A stretch of DNA of 64,000 nt from Candidatus Levyibacteriota bacterium (GCA_052034235.1 JBPOIT010000009.1:136203-200202); one strand, 5' to 3'; shown: positions 37,218 to 48,472, counted from the first letter of the stretch. The notes: generated by a model not told the origin, from the sequence alone. Program-made: numbers and translations.

Positions 37218-39356
37218 ATGGCAGACGACAAAAAATCACGAATCTATCCACTCGACCGTATCCGAAATATCGGTATTATTGCGCATATTGACGCGGGCAA
37301 AACCACCACAACTGAGCGTATTCTTTTTTACACTGGCCGAACCTACAAAATTGGCGATATTGATGAAGGCAACACGCAGATGGACTGGATGGATCAAGAA
37401 AAAGAGCGTGGTATTACCATCGTTTCCGCGGCAACAACAGCTTTCTGGACACCTCGAACAGGCCTTTTTGAAGGTCTAGACACAAGATTTAACATTATTG
37501 ATACTCCTGGACACGTCGATTTTACAGCTGAAGTTGAACGTTCACTCCGTGTGCTTGATGGTGGTGTTACTGTGCTTGATGCTGAAGAAGGTGTGCAATC
37601 TCAGTCTGAAACTGTTTGGCGCCAAGCAGATAAATACAAAGTTCCACGTATTTGTTTTGTTAACAAAATGGACAAACTCGGTGCGAACTTTCTGCAGACG
37701 GTTAAAAGTGTCGAGGACAGACTCGGTGCAAATCCAGCAATCATGGTCCTTCCAATCGGTGCTGAAAATACCTACGAAGGAAATGTCGATTTGCTGACAC
37801 GCCAATCATTTATCTGGGGTTCAGATGAACTTGGTGCTAAATACGAGGTTAAAGATGAAGTTCCTGAAGATATGAAAGCTCAGGTAGAAGAATACCGCAG
37901 TAAATTGATTGAAAAAATTGCAGAAACAGATGACACGCTTCTTGAAAAATATCTGAGTGGAGAAGAACCAACAGTTGAAGAATTGAGAAAAGCACTTCGC
38001 GCTGCAGTTATCGCATACAAACTCGTTCCTATGTATGCAGGCACATCACTTCGCAACAAAGGAGTGCAGCCACTTCTCGATGCGATTGTTGACTATCTCC
38101 CCTCCCCTCAAGATTTGGATGATGTTAAGGGCTTGAATCCAAAAACTGAAGCCGAAGAAACACGAAAACTTATTACAGAGGAATCATTCTCAGGATTGGC
38201 ATTTAAAATTCAAAACGATCCACACGTTGGAAAGCTTGCATACTTCCGTGTCTATTCAGGGAAGATTATCGCAGGATCCTATGTGTATAATGCCAACAAA
38301 GGTGTTAAAGAGCGTGTCGGACGTCTTTTAATGATGCATGCAAATGATCGTGAAGAAATTAAAGAGGCATATGCTGGTGAAATCGTAGCTATTGTTGGTC
38401 TGAAAGATACGATTACTGGTGACACCCTCTGTGATGAAGCAAAACCAATTGTCCTTGAACAGATTACCTTCCCTGAACCAGTTATTTCACTTGCGATTGA
38501 ACCAAAAACAAAATCAGATCAGGAAAAACTGGGATACGCACTGAAGAGACTACAAGAAGAAGATCCGACCTTTAGAGTCAAAACTAATCATGAAACTAGT
38601 CAAACTATTATTTCAGGTATCGGTGAACTCCAACTTGAAATCATGGTTGATCGTATGAAGCGTGAATTCAATGTTGAAGCAAATGTTGGTGCACCGCAAG
38701 TTGCATATAAAGAAACAATTGAACGTATGGCTGAAGCTGAAGGTAAATACATCAAACAGTCAGGCGGACGTGGTCAATATGGTCACTGCTGGCTTAGAGT
38801 CGAACCAAAACCACGAGGTGAAGGTTATGAATTTGTCGATGCTATCAAAGGTGGCGCGATTCCTGCAGAATTTATAAAAGCTATTGAAAAAGGTGTGAAA
38901 GAAACACTTGAAAACGGTGTGCTTTTGGGTTATCCGCTCATTGACGTTGCTACGACTTGTTATGATGGTTCATATCATGACGTTGACTCAAGTGAAATTG
39001 CCTTTAAAATTGCTGCAAGTCAGGCTATTCAAGCAGCAACCAAAAAAGCAGGCATTTCTCTACTTGAACCTATCATGAAAGTTGAAATCACTACACCAAG
39101 TGAATACATGGGAGAAGTTATGGGTGATATCTCATCCAAACGTGCACAAATCAGCGGCAGTGAAGAACGTGGTAACGCTACCATCATTCTCGCTCTGGTC
39201 CCACTGTCAGAACTTTCAGGATACGCAACACAGCTCAGATCTCTCACCAAGGGTCGTGCAAGTTACTACATGGAACCAAGTCACTACGAAGCAGTTCCAA
39301 AGAACATCGTAGAGGCTATGGTAGCCAAATCAACCTTTACCGGACGTGTTGAATAA
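37218..39356 (+). CDS. fusA: Elongation factor G
   Basis: [27 protein letters not shown]. Confidence 0.98.
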   Translation: MADDKKSRIYPLDRIRNIGIIAHIDAGKTTTTERILFYTGRTYKIGDIDEGNTQMDWMDQEKERGITIVSAATTAFWTPRTGLFEGLDTRFNIIDTPGHVDFTAEVERSLRVLDGGVTVLDAEEGVQSQSETVWRQADKYKVPRICFVNKMDKLGANFLQTVKSVEDRLGANPAIMVLPIGAENTYEGNVDLLTRQSFIWGSDELGAKYEVKDEVPEDMKAQVEEYRSKLIEKIAETDDTLLEKYLSGEEPTVEELRKALRAAVIAYKLVPMYAGTSLRNKGVQPLLDAIVDYLPSPQDLDDVKGLNPKTEAEETRKLITEESFSGLAFKIQNDPHVGKLAYFRVYSGKIIAGSYVYNANKGVKERVGRLLMMHANDREEIKEAYAGEIVAIVGLKDTITGDTLCDEAKPIVLEQITFPEPVISLAIEPKTKSDQEKLGYALKRLQEEDPTFRVKTNHETSQTIISGIGELQLEIMVDRMKREFNVEANVGAPQVAYKETIERMAEAEGKYIKQSGGRGQYGHCWLRVEPKPRGEGYEFVDAIKGGAIPAEFIKAIEKGVKETLENGVLLGYPLIDVATTCYDGSYHDVDSSEIAFKIAASQAIQAATKKAGISLLEPIMKVEITTPSEYMGEVMGDISSKRAQISGSEERGNATIILALVPLSELSGYATQLRSLTKGRASYYMEPSHYEAVPKNIVEAMVAKSTFTGRVE

Positions 39357-39374
39357 TCCTTGTCAATATCCTCG

Positions 39375-39405
39375 TTGACAAAAAAAACCCTCTAGAGTAT
39401 ATAGT
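39375..39405 (+). promoter_or_regulatory. Sigma70 promoter
   Basis: TTGACA at 39375, TATATA/TATAGT near 39398-39405, ATG at 39413. Confidence 0.55.
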
Positions 39406-39412
39406 TAGATAA

Positions 39413-40120
39413 ATGAAAAAAGTACATTGGATTTTTTCTGGGCTTTCATTGGTAATTATTTTACTTTCACTTAATCGTTTAACTCCTTTTACTGCAGATT
39501 ATTTACAACCATTTGAATTTTTACGTTGGTTGGATTTTAACGCAATGATCCCTATTCCCCTACTGAGTGTGGTTTTATATTTTCTTTTAAAGAGGGAAGT
39601 CGTCTATGACTCTGCGTTTCGTAAATCTCTTACCTATACAGTTTTAAGTGCACTTTTTATTGTGGGCGTTTATTTTTTTGGTGCCGGCTCTGGAACTCAT
39701 GAAGTAACAAATTATCTCAATAGCAGGTTCTGTCTGGGGGAAGCAACGTCTAGTCTGTGTAACATTATCAGCTATAACGATGATATATTTAGCCATTATG
39801 TTTATTACATAGGCTTTCTCCTTCTTAATGTTTCCCTTATCCTCATGGAATTTTCAATGCCGAGGAAAACTGATATGCGGCGTATCGATTTTGCGCTTAT
39901 TTGTGTCAATGCGCTTTTTATCGCTTTTGGAATTTTCGCGAACTTAGCTTTTGAAGAGATAGGTTTTGATCTGTACTTTTTTGCAGTAGTAATGCTTCTT
40001 ACCCACTGGATACTTATCTGGGGTAGAAAACCCTTCTCACTGCTTCCTGTTACGTTTTATTTTGCTGTTGCGTACACGTTGGGTGTTATAGGTACCATAT
40101 TTTATAAAATTAATTCTTAA
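39413..40120 (+). CDS. Polytopic membrane hypothetical protein
   Basis: About 7 TM segments; conserved-looking G.HE..N and DD.FSH. Confidence 0.7.
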   Translation: MKKVHWIFSGLSLVIILLSLNRLTPFTADYLQPFEFLRWLDFNAMIPIPLLSVVLYFLLKREVVYDSAFRKSLTYTVLSALFIVGVYFFGAGSGTHEVTNYLNSRFCLGEATSSLCNIISYNDDIFSHYVYYIGFLLLNVSLILMEFSMPRKTDMRRIDFALICVNALFIAFGIFANLAFEEIGFDLYFFAVVMLLTHWILIWGRKPFSLLPVTFYFAVAYTLGVIGTIFYKINS

Positions 40121-40158
40121 GGGATTGAAAAAAAGAGAAAAAGGAGTATGATTACTAC

Positions 40159-40830
40159 ATGAGGCCAGTTGTGGGCGTTTTTGCGCATCCAGATGATGAG
40201 GTATTTGCCGGAGGTGCGTTAGCAACTTTTGCAACCAAACGTGACGTATATCTCGTTTGTATTACCAATGGTGAAGCTGGTATCAATAGTAGCAGTAAGC
40301 CAAAAGAATTAGGGGAGTTGAGAAAAGACGAGCTGAAAGCTTCTGCCACGGCCTTAGGTGTTAAGGAGGTTTTCTTTCTTAATTTTGGGGACGGAGACCT
40401 CAGTAATAACCTCTACGGTCCAATTGCCGAAAAACTGCAAGAGTCTATTGAAAAATTTGATCCGGAAATTCTTCTAACCTTTGAACCACATGGTGTTTCC
40501 GGGCACATGGATCACGCAGTCACATCAATGGTGACCACATATGTCTTTGAAAAATTACCCAACGTTCGTGAATTGTGGTATTACGGTTTTGATGAGTCTG
40601 AGCGAAAGCTCTTCAGAGAATATTTTGAAGGATTTTTTGTGTATACGCCACCTGGGTTTAAAAAGCATGATATTTCAAAAACTTTAAACGCAGAGCCTGT
40701 TTGGGAGAAAAAAGTGAAGGCTATGCACCAGCATGAATCTCAAAAACACGATATAGAAAAACTGGTTGAAATGTTTGATAAGCAGAAAAAGGAAGAATAT
40801 TACAAAATCCTCAATAAAGATACGGTATAA
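40159..40830 (+). CDS. PIG-L family deacetylase
   Basis: AHPDDE, TNGEAG, GHMDH, HESQ. Confidence 0.92.
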   Translation: MRPVVGVFAHPDDEVFAGGALATFATKRDVYLVCITNGEAGINSSSKPKELGELRKDELKASATALGVKEVFFLNFGDGDLSNNLYGPIAEKLQESIEKFDPEILLTFEPHGVSGHMDHAVTSMVTTYVFEKLPNVRELWYYGFDESERKLFREYFEGFFVYTPPGFKKHDISKTLNAEPVWEKKVKAMHQHESQKHDIEKLVEMFDKQKKEEYYKILNKDTV

Positions 40831-41251
40831 GCTTGTGCGTGCGCTTCTTATGTATCGCAAAGTCTTTACTGTGTTTTTCCATCATTTTTTCCTCTAGAAG
40901 CATATTCATAAGAATAGCCACAAAAAACGCGGTAAAAACCAAATAGCGCAGTAATGTTGGTGCTCCCTGTACATATCCTGAAAAGAAGAGTAAAACCGCT
41001 GCGTATATGGGATGTCTGATAATTTCATAAGGTCCCTTGGTGACAAGAAAATATCCATCAGGTAAGGTTCGAGTTTCATGGTGAGTATTGAGCTTAATTG
41101 ATAATATTGCCCAAACAATGAGCAACAGCGCAAATATTTGCGTTAAAAGAATGGGGATGTTTTGTATAAAGAGAGGGCCTGAGAAAAGAAGAAAGGCAGC
41201 TGTTATTACTGCGATTGATAAAAAAATACGAGACCTAGTTTCGGGTTTCAT
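40811..41251 (-). CDS. Isoprenylcysteine carboxyl methyltransferase (ICMT/PEMT) family
   Basis: LVTKGPY..IRHPIY, EE..M; start moved to MKPE. Confidence 0.85.
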   Translation of the reverse strand: MKPETRSRIFLSIAVITAAFLLFSGPLFIQNIPILLTQIFALLLIVWAILSIKLNTHHETRTLPDGYFLVTKGPYEIIRHPIYAAVLLFFSGYVQGAPTLLRYLVFTAFFVAILMNMLLEEKMMEKHSKDFAIHKKRTHKLIPYLY

Positions 41252-41294
41252 ATGCCTTATAAGTAAGTATACACGAGTAAGGTATAATATGCAC

Positions 41295-42389
41295 ATGAAG
41301 AGAGTATTACTCCTTATCCTGCTGATCACAGGTCTTGGAGTCTTAGCGGTCAATGGAATCAAAGCAAAGGTAAAACATGATCTCGCCCAGCCCTTCGTTT
41401 CGTCTCTTACTCCAAGTGCTGTTCCTCAAACTAAGCATGCTCCTGCAACAGGAAGTGACACTACCTCTCTTTTTGTCCCTTATTGGACAATGAACAATAC
41501 TGATTTTTCAAGTGAAGACTATGATGCATATCTCTATTTTGGTGTTACGCCTACTAAAGACGGTTTAAATACAAAGGAGAATGGTTATGTCAGTATTGAA
41601 AAGTTTGTATCTATTGTCCCTCCAGGAAAAGACAAGATACTCGTTTTGAGAATGCTTGAAGCAGATATAAACACGGCAACACTACGAAGTGCTGCAAAAC
41701 AAAAAACACTCATTAGACAGACACTTGCAGCTGCCAAAGAGTATGGTTTTGATGGTGTAGTGCTTGATTTAGAATTATCAGCTATTCCGTTTGATTCGCT
41801 TATTGCACAGATACGTGACTTTAATAGTTTGTTTTATGATCAGACTAAGGCTGCGGGTTTATCATATGGAATAGCAATTTATGGCGATACGTTTTATCGG
41901 CTGAGACCATTTGATGTTAAAGCGATTGCGAAAGATGCAGATATGCTTTATGTCATGGCATATGATTTCCATAAATCGAGAGGCAATCCAGGACCTAATT
42001 TCCCTCTTTCAGGTAAAGAAACATATGGTTATGACATCTCTGAAATGAGTGAAGATTTTTTACGCGATGCTGATGCAGAAAAAGTAACTGTTGTTTTTGG
42101 GTTGTTTGGATATGATTGGAAAACTGATAACAAGGGAAATGCCATCGGAAACGGTGATCCGCTTGCGTTTAATGAAATATCCTCACGTTTTCTCAATGGA
42201 TGTAAAGAACGTGAGTGTACCATTGCAAGAGAGTCAAAAGCGGGAGAAAATCAAATTCGTTTTATTGATGAAGAGAATGCAAAACATGTTGTTTGGTTTG
42301 AAGATATGGATTCTGTGACTGCCAAACAGGTGTATTTACGCAGCAAAGGTATCAATAATTTTAGCTTCTGGGCGAACAGTTATTTCTAA
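41295..42389 (+). CDS. Secreted glycoside hydrolase family 18 protein
   Basis: Signal peptide, FDGVVLDLE, VMAYDFH, FGYDW, VWFED, FSFW. Confidence 0.85.
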   Translation: MKRVLLLILLITGLGVLAVNGIKAKVKHDLAQPFVSSLTPSAVPQTKHAPATGSDTTSLFVPYWTMNNTDFSSEDYDAYLYFGVTPTKDGLNTKENGYVSIEKFVSIVPPGKDKILVLRMLEADINTATLRSAAKQKTLIRQTLAAAKEYGFDGVVLDLELSAIPFDSLIAQIRDFNSLFYDQTKAAGLSYGIAIYGDTFYRLRPFDVKAIAKDADMLYVMAYDFHKSRGNPGPNFPLSGKETYGYDISEMSEDFLRDADAEKVTVVFGLFGYDWKTDNKGNAIGNGDPLAFNEISSRFLNGCKERECTIARESKAGENQIRFIDEENAKHVVWFEDMDSVTAKQVYLRSKGINNFSFWANSYF

Positions 42390-42457
42390 TTGAGCTTTCT
42401 TACATGCTTCTTATCATTTCTTGCATAGCTTTTTAAGAAAAAAGGTAAAATAACCTA

Positions 42458-42486
42458 TTGACGTGCTACAAAAAATATTGTATTAT
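42458..42486 (+). promoter_or_regulatory. tuf promoter
   Basis: TTGACG-17-TATTAT. Confidence 0.65.
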
Positions 42487-42530
42487 ACATTCACTCTCAA
42501 ATTCTGAGAGATTATTTTTTTAATAAACAT

Positions 42531-43715
42531 ATGGCTGACAATAAATTTCAAAGAACAAAACCACACGTAAACATCGGTACCATTGGTCACGTCGATCACG
42601 GCAAGACCACAACAACCGCTGCTATTACAAACGTACTCGCTAAAAAGGGTATGGCAAAAGCACGATCTTACGCAGATATTGATAATGCACCTGAAGAAAG
42701 AGCTCGAGGAGTCACGATTAATATTTCCCACCAAGAATACGAAACAGAAAAGCGTCACTATGCACACATCGACGCTCCAGGACACGCAGATTACATCAAA
42801 AACATGATTACCGGTGCAGCTCAGATGGACGGAGCAATCTTAGTCGTCTCAGCACCAGATGGCCCAATGCCACAAACACGTGAACACATCCTTCTTGCAC
42901 GCCAAGTCGGTGTTCCAGCAATTGTTGTTTACCTTAATAAATGTGACATGGTTCAAGATGCAGAACTCCTTGACCTTGTTGAAATGGAAGTTCGTGAATT
43001 ACTTACAAAATATCAATATCCAGGTGATGACACGCCAATCATCCGTGGCTCATCAATGAAAGCACTCGAAGGAGATGCAGATGCAGAAAAAGCAATTCTT
43101 GATCTCATGGATGCAGTTGATTCATTCGTTCCAACACCAGAACGTGCACTCGATAAGCCATTCTTAATGCCTGTTGAAGACGTCTTCTCAATCAAAGGAC
43201 GCGGAACAGTTGTTACCGGAAGAATCGAAAGAGGAATGATCAAAGTTAACGAAGCAGTCGAAATCGTCGGCATGGACAAGAACAAAGATTCAGTTGTAAC
43301 CGGAGTTGAAATGTTTAAAAAGCAGCTTGATGATGGTCAAGCAGGAGACAATGTTGGTCTTCTCCTTAGAGGTCTAGAAAAGAACGATGTTGAAAGAGGC
43401 CAAGTTATTGCAAAGCCAAAGAGTGTTACTCCACACACAGAATTTGAAGCAGAAGCATATATCTTAACAAAAGAAGAAGGCGGACGTCACACACCATTCT
43501 TTACCGGATATCGTCCACAGTTCTATATCAGAACAACCGACGTTACAGGTACAGCAACACTTCCACAAGGTGTTGAGATGGTCATGCCTGGAGACACAAC
43601 AAAAATGACAGTAAAACTTATAGTACCAGTCGCACTTGAAGAAGGTGTCCGATACGCAATCCGCGAAGGCGGAAAGACGGTTGGAGCCGGTGTTATCACC
43701 AAAATAATCAAATAA
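42531..43715 (+). CDS. tuf: Elongation factor Tu
   Basis: [29 protein letters not shown]. Confidence 0.99.
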   Translation: MADNKFQRTKPHVNIGTIGHVDHGKTTTTAAITNVLAKKGMAKARSYADIDNAPEERARGVTINISHQEYETEKRHYAHIDAPGHADYIKNMITGAAQMDGAILVVSAPDGPMPQTREHILLARQVGVPAIVVYLNKCDMVQDAELLDLVEMEVRELLTKYQYPGDDTPIIRGSSMKALEGDADAEKAILDLMDAVDSFVPTPERALDKPFLMPVEDVFSIKGRGTVVTGRIERGMIKVNEAVEIVGMDKNKDSVVTGVEMFKKQLDDGQAGDNVGLLLRGLEKNDVERGQVIAKPKSVTPHTEFEAEAYILTKEEGGRHTPFFTGYRPQFYIRTTDVTGTATLPQGVEMVMPGDTTKMTVKLIVPVALEEGVRYAIREGGKTVGAGVITKIIK

Positions 43716-43736
43716 TCCGCCCAAGGCGGGTTTTTT
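43714..43736 (+). terminator. Intrinsic terminator after tuf
   Basis: AATCCGCC-CAA-GGCGGGTT followed by T-run. Confidence 0.75.
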
Positions 43737-43778
43737 GATTAAGAGGTGTAGATCTTTAACAGTCTGAGAGGATAATAT

Positions 43779-44087
43779 ATGCCAAAAGGAAGAATTAGAG
43801 TTCGATTAAAAAGTTATGATGCAAGAGTCCTTGACTCTTGTTGTCAGCAAATTCTTGATTCGGTTATCAGAACCGGAGCTAAGGTCGTTGGACCAGTTCC
43901 ACTTCCTACTGACAGAAGTGTCTACGCAATCAATAAATCACCATTTATTGATAAAGATGCGAGAGATCATTTTGAAATCAGAGTGCATAAGAGATTGATT
44001 GATATCGTCTCTCCTACAGACAAAACGATTGATAGTTTAACAAATTTAGCTCTCCCGGCGGGAGTCGATGTAGAGTTGAAGATGTAG
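43779..44087 (+). CDS. rpsJ: 30S ribosomal protein S10
   Basis: GPVPLPT, HKRLIDI. Confidence 0.98.
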   Translation: MPKGRIRVRLKSYDARVLDSCCQQILDSVIRTGAKVVGPVPLPTDRSVYAINKSPFIDKDARDHFEIRVHKRLIDIVSPTDKTIDSLTNLALPAGVDVELKM

Positions 44088-44146
44088 TTAATACATTTTA
44101 AGATGCCCAGAATAATTAAACATACAAGGTATGATTGATTAAAAAC

Positions 44147-44226
44147 GCCTAGCTAGGCCACCCCGATTATAGGGGATCACATCAAACGCTGTGAACAAAA
44201 ATGGTAGCCTGACGGCTACTTTTTTT
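44147..44226 (+). promoter_or_regulatory. Structured leader/attenuator between rpsJ and rplC
   Basis: Three short hairpins, then GTAGCC-TGAC-GGCTAC-T7 terminator 16 nt before rplC. Confidence 0.6.
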
Positions 44227-44242
44227 ATGTCTTAAAAAATAT

Positions 44243-45157
44243 ATGATAAACGTAATATTAGGAATTAAAACAGATCAAACGCAAAAGTTTCTGGCTAACG
44301 GCAGAAGAATTCCTGTTACTGAAATTTCAGTCGCAGATAACACTGTTGTTCAGGTAAAAACGAAAGCAAATGATTCATATGATGCTGTTCAGCTTGGACA
44401 AGGTGTAAAAGTGCGCCCAATCAAGGCTATTGCAGGACACGCAAAGAAACTTGGCTTAACAGAAACACCAAGAGTACTCAAAGAGGTTCGTATATCAGCA
44501 ATTGATGCTGAGGGTGAAACTTTGAAATCAGGTGACAAAATTAACGTTGAATCAGTTTTACAGCCGGGTGATATCGTTGCTGTAACAGGTACATCAAAAG
44601 GCAAAGGTTTTGCAGGTGTCGTTAAACGTCATGGATTCAGAGGGGGACCAAAGACACACGGTCAATCAGATCGTCATCGTGCTCCTGGATCTATCGGACA
44701 AGGTACAACACCAGGTCGTGTCTATAAAGGCAAGAGAATGGCAGGACGCATGGGAACTGAAACCGTAACAGTAGCAAACCTGACTGTTGTTAATGTCGAC
44801 TCAGAGAACAATAAACTCTATGTTTCAGGTTTAGTTCCTGGTTTGAAAAAAGGATTAGTAATTATTACCAAGACTGGCGAAAAAAAGAATTTTGTCCAAC
44901 TTCTTGAAGTAAAAGAACAGGAAGATGCAAAAGCAGCAGTTGAAGCAGCAAAGGCTGAAAAAGAGGCAGCAAAAGCAGCAGAAGAGGCTGCAGCACAAGA
45001 AGCAGCAGCGCCTGTAGAACCTGCAGTTGAAGAGGCTGCTAAAGAAGAAGCAGTTAACGAAGAAGTGCAAGAAACAGAAGAAACAAAAGCAGCAGAGGAA
45101 GTAAAAGAACCTGAAGCTCAGACAGAAGAAACAGAAGAAAAAGTTGAGGAAAAATAA
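44243..45157 (+). CDS. rplC: 50S ribosomal protein L3 with acidic C-terminal extension
   Basis: SKGKGFAGVVKRH, GRVYKGKRMAG. Confidence 0.97.
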   Translation: MINVILGIKTDQTQKFLANGRRIPVTEISVADNTVVQVKTKANDSYDAVQLGQGVKVRPIKAIAGHAKKLGLTETPRVLKEVRISAIDAEGETLKSGDKINVESVLQPGDIVAVTGTSKGKGFAGVVKRHGFRGGPKTHGQSDRHRAPGSIGQGTTPGRVYKGKRMAGRMGTETVTVANLTVVNVDSENNKLYVSGLVPGLKKGLVIITKTGEKKNFVQLLEVKEQEDAKAAVEAAKAEKEAAKAAEEAAAQEAAAPVEPAVEEAAKEEAVNEEVQETEETKAAEEVKEPEAQTEETEEKVEEK

Positions 45158-45161
45158 AACT

Positions 45162-46004
45162 ATGGCAACGACAAAAAAAATAACAGAAGAAAAGAAAGTA
45201 ACCAAAACAGTAAAACCTGTTGCTGTTAAAAAAACAGCTGCAAAAACGACTGTTAAAAAAGAAACAGTAAAGGAACCTGTTAAAAAAATGGTAGCTGAAA
45301 AGGCGGAGCCAAAGAAGGTTGAATCCGTTGCAGCACCTAAAAAAGCAGCAGCAAAAACTGACACAGTAAATCTTTCAGTTGATGTCTTTGATCTGACTGG
45401 AAAAACAACGGGCAAGCTTTCGCTTCCAGTGGAGATCTTTGGTGAAAAAATCAATAAAGCATTGCTACATCAGGCAATCAGAGTTTACCAGGCAAATAAA
45501 CGCCAAGGTAACGCATCAACCTTAACACGCGGCGAAGTTGATGGATCAACAAGAAAAATTTATCGCCAAAAAGGTACTGGACGTGCACGTCACGGATCAC
45601 TTCGTGCTCCTATCTTTGTAAAGGGAGGTATCGTTCACGGACCAAAACCAAGAGATTACAGTCTTGATTTGCCAAAAAAGATGAGACGAAAAGCATTGTT
45701 CTCCGCACTCTCAAGTAAATTTGCAGCTGGAGAAGTTACGGTTGTCACAGGTTTTGAAGCAATCGAACCAAAGACAAAAGTATTTGCAGCAAGTCTTAAC
45801 AGTTTAGGGTTTGCAAAGGTTTCAAGTCTGCTTTTGGTTATGCCATCTGACCTCGCAAACGTAAAGCGTGCAGCAGGTAATGTAAAACAAGTCACTATGA
45901 CAGTTGCAGGTAGATTAAACGCACTTGATGTTCTTCTGAGTAGAAGAATTGTCATTACAAATGAGACAGTTGCTGAGATGAAGAAACTTTTTTTAACAAA
46001 ATAA
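45162..46004 (+). CDS. rplD: 50S ribosomal protein L4 with basic N-terminal extension
   Basis: RQKGTGRARHGS. Confidence 0.97.
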   Translation: MATTKKITEEKKVTKTVKPVAVKKTAAKTTVKKETVKEPVKKMVAEKAEPKKVESVAAPKKAAAKTDTVNLSVDVFDLTGKTTGKLSLPVEIFGEKINKALLHQAIRVYQANKRQGNASTLTRGEVDGSTRKIYRQKGTGRARHGSLRAPIFVKGGIVHGPKPRDYSLDLPKKMRRKALFSALSSKFAAGEVTVVTGFEAIEPKTKVFAASLNSLGFAKVSSLLLVMPSDLANVKRAAGNVKQVTMTVAGRLNALDVLLSRRIVITNETVAEMKKLFLTK

Positions 46005-46008
46005 TATT

Positions 46009-46335
46009 ATGAATGCGCAAAGTGTCATTATTAGACCATTAGTTACAGAAAAATCAATGAATAGTGCCGTTGCAGGCAGATATTCATTTGCGGTCGCAGA
46101 GTATGCAACCAAAACCGATATTAGGAGTGCAATTGAAAAAACGTTCAATGTAAATGTCGTTTCAGTTTCAACAAGTGTGATAAAAGGTAAAGCACGCCGT
46201 GCAGGAGCAAGACGTCTTGAGATTGCAGATCCAATTTGGAAAAAGGCTACAGTAACTGTTAAAAAAGGTGAGAAGATTTATCTTTTCGAAGCAGGCGGAG
46301 AAGAACCAGTTGCGAAGGAGGCAAAAAAGAAATAA
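46009..46335 (+). CDS. rplW: 50S ribosomal protein L23
   Basis: PLVTEKS, WKKATV. Confidence 0.96.
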   Translation: MNAQSVIIRPLVTEKSMNSAVAGRYSFAVAEYATKTDIRSAIEKTFNVNVVSVSTSVIKGKARRAGARRLEIADPIWKKATVTVKKGEKIYLFEAGGEEPVAKEAKKK

Positions 46336-46337
46336 CT

Positions 46338-47093
46338 ATGAATAAGTTGAAAACAATAAAGAAAAAACATTCAGGTCGTGATGCGAGTGGAAAAGTTGTT
46401 GTTCGTCATCAAGGTGGCCAACAGAAAAGATATTACAGAAAAATTGATTTTAAACGTGATAAAGTAGGAATTACCGGTAAAGTTCTTACTGTTGAGTACG
46501 ATCCAAATCGCACAGCAGATATTGCTTTAGTACAATATCCCGATGGAGACAAACGTTATATTTTGGCTCCGCACGGAATGAAAACTCATGATACAATAGT
46601 GGCCGGGAAAAATACCGATGCGCAGCCTGGGAATGCTATGCCGCTTTCAGATGTGCCAGTCGGTACAGTTATTCACAATGTTGAGTTGACCCCTGGTAAA
46701 GGTGGTCAGATAGCAAGAGGAGCTGGTACAGGAGCGACTGTTACGGCAAAAGAAGGTGCATTTGCTCATGTAAAATTGCCTTCAGGTGAAATAAGAAAAA
46801 TTTCACTCTTGGCTATGGCAACTGTTGGACAGTTGAGTAACATTGATCAGAAAAATAAAGTTATTGGTAAAGCAGGCAGATCACGTCTTATGGGGCGTAG
46901 ACCAACTGTTAGAGGAGTAGCCCAGAATCCTCGCTCTCATCCACACGGTGGAGGAGAAGCCCGATCTGGTGTCGGTATGCCAGCACCAAAAACGTACGCA
47001 GGACGCGTGGCAGTTGGAAATACGAGAAGAAAGAATAAATATTCGAGTAAATATATCTTACAAAAACGAAAGGGAGGACGAAGTAGAAAATAA
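46338..47093 (+). CDS. rplB: 50S ribosomal protein L2 (short N-terminus)
   Basis: EYDPNRTA, HPHGGGE. Confidence 0.97.
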   Translation: MNKLKTIKKKHSGRDASGKVVVRHQGGQQKRYYRKIDFKRDKVGITGKVLTVEYDPNRTADIALVQYPDGDKRYILAPHGMKTHDTIVAGKNTDAQPGNAMPLSDVPVGTVIHNVELTPGKGGQIARGAGTGATVTAKEGAFAHVKLPSGEIRKISLLAMATVGQLSNIDQKNKVIGKAGRSRLMGRRPTVRGVAQNPRSHPHGGGEARSGVGMPAPKTYAGRVAVGNTRRKNKYSSKYILQKRKGGRSRK

Positions 47094-47111
47094 TACTTCT
47101 CAATTCTAAAT

Positions 47112-47396
47112 ATGTCTAGATCAACAAAAAAAGGACCATATATTGACGAAAAACTCATGGCGAAAGTCATGAAACAGAAAGCATCTGGCGACAGAGCTGG
47201 AATCAAAACTTGGGCACGTGCATGCCAAATTCCACCGGAATTTGTTGGGCACACGTTCTTAGTTCACAACGGCAAGCATTTTATTAATGTCTATGTTGTT
47301 GAAGGTATGGTCAGTCACAGATTAGGTGAATTTTCACCAACAAGACTGTTTAGAGGACATGGAAAAGTTGTCGCCCGTGAAATTAGTAAGACTTAA
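47112..47396 (+). CDS. rpsS: 30S ribosomal protein S19
   Basis: [13 protein letters not shown]. Confidence 0.98.
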   Translation: MSRSTKKGPYIDEKLMAKVMKQKASGDRAGIKTWARACQIPPEFVGHTFLVHNGKHFINVYVVEGMVSHRLGEFSPTRLFRGHGKVVAREISKT

Positions 47397-47402
47397 TGTA
47401 TT

Positions 47403-47825
47403 ATGGAAGTTCGAGCAATTGCAAAATCAGTACGAGTTAGTCCGAGAAAAGTTCGCTTAGTTGCGGATGCTGTTCGGAATCTCTCAATAGAAGAAGCACT
47501 GCATGTGTTGGAAACTGCTGAAAAGCGTGCAGCATTGCCAATAGAGAAGACACTGAAAAGTGCTATTGCAAACGCAGTAACAAATGCAAAACTTGAGAAA
47601 ACGCAACTGACAATCAGCAGTATTCAGATTGCTGAAGGACAACCTTTAAAAAGGTTTCATCCTTCAACCAGAGGCCGGATTCATCCGTACAAGAAGCGAA
47701 GCAGTCACATAACAATTGTTGTTAAAGGCAACCCTGTAACAGCAAAAGTTGAATCAAAAAAGGCTGATGAGAAAAAAGATATGAAACCTGTTAAAAAAGA
47801 AGAAAAGAAAGGAACTGATAAATAA
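47403..47825 (+). CDS. rplV: 50S ribosomal protein L22
   Basis: SPRKVRLVAD, SHITIVV. Confidence 0.97.
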   Translation: MEVRAIAKSVRVSPRKVRLVADAVRNLSIEEALHVLETAEKRAALPIEKTLKSAIANAVTNAKLEKTQLTISSIQIAEGQPLKRFHPSTRGRIHPYKKRSSHITIVVKGNPVTAKVESKKADEKKDMKPVKKEEKKGTDK

Positions 47826-48472
47826 TGGGACAAAAAGTTAATCCACACGTCATTAGACTTGGAACTGTTCATACATGGAGCAGTAGATGGTTTGATGAGC
47901 GTCAATATAAAGAAACTGCGCTTGAAGATTTTCATCTTCGAAAGCAGCTGATGACACGGCTGAGACCTGCAGGTATTTCAAAAGTGGAACTTGAGCGTTC
48001 AATTAACAGTATGAAAATTATTTTACACGTTTCACGTCCAGGTATCGTTATCGGACGAGGCGGAACAGGTCTTGAAGATTTGAAAAAATCAATAATTGCT
48101 TTCTTTGTTAAAACGAGAAAGAGTAAGCAGATTCCAAAGCTTGATATCCGGGTAGAACCAATCAAAGATGCTAATTTGGAAGCACAGCTTGTTGCTACAA
48201 ATATCTCAGATCAACTTATTCGCAGATTGCCATATAAGAGAATTCTGACAAGTACAGCAGAGCGTGTCATGAATGCAGGAGCAAAGGGTGTTAAGATTCT
48301 TTTAACCGGAAGAATTGGCGGCTCAGAAATTGCAAGACGTGAGAAGATCCATGTTGGAACTGTTCCATTGTCAACGATTCGTGCAAATATCAGTTATGCA
48401 CAGTTCCCTGCTCTTACGAAAAAAGGATACATTGGAATTAAGGTGTGGATAAACAAACCGGAGGAAAAATAA
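47825..48472 (+). CDS. rpsC: 30S ribosomal protein S3
   Basis: [17 protein letters not shown]. Confidence 0.98.
   Translation: MGQKVNPHVIRLGTVHTWSSRWFDERQYKETALEDFHLRKQLMTRLRPAGISKVELERSINSMKIILHVSRPGIVIGRGGTGLEDLKKSIIAFFVKTRKSKQIPKLDIRVEPIKDANLEAQLVATNISDQLIRRLPYKRILTSTAERVMNAGAKGVKILLTGRIGGSEIARREKIHVGTVPLSTIRANISYAQFPALTKKGYIGIKVWINKPEEK

Noticed and set aside
41088-41362. Long overlap between the ICMT and GH18 ORFs
   Set aside because: More plausible starts at 41251 (-) and 41295 (+) remove the overlap and leave a divergent promoter gap.
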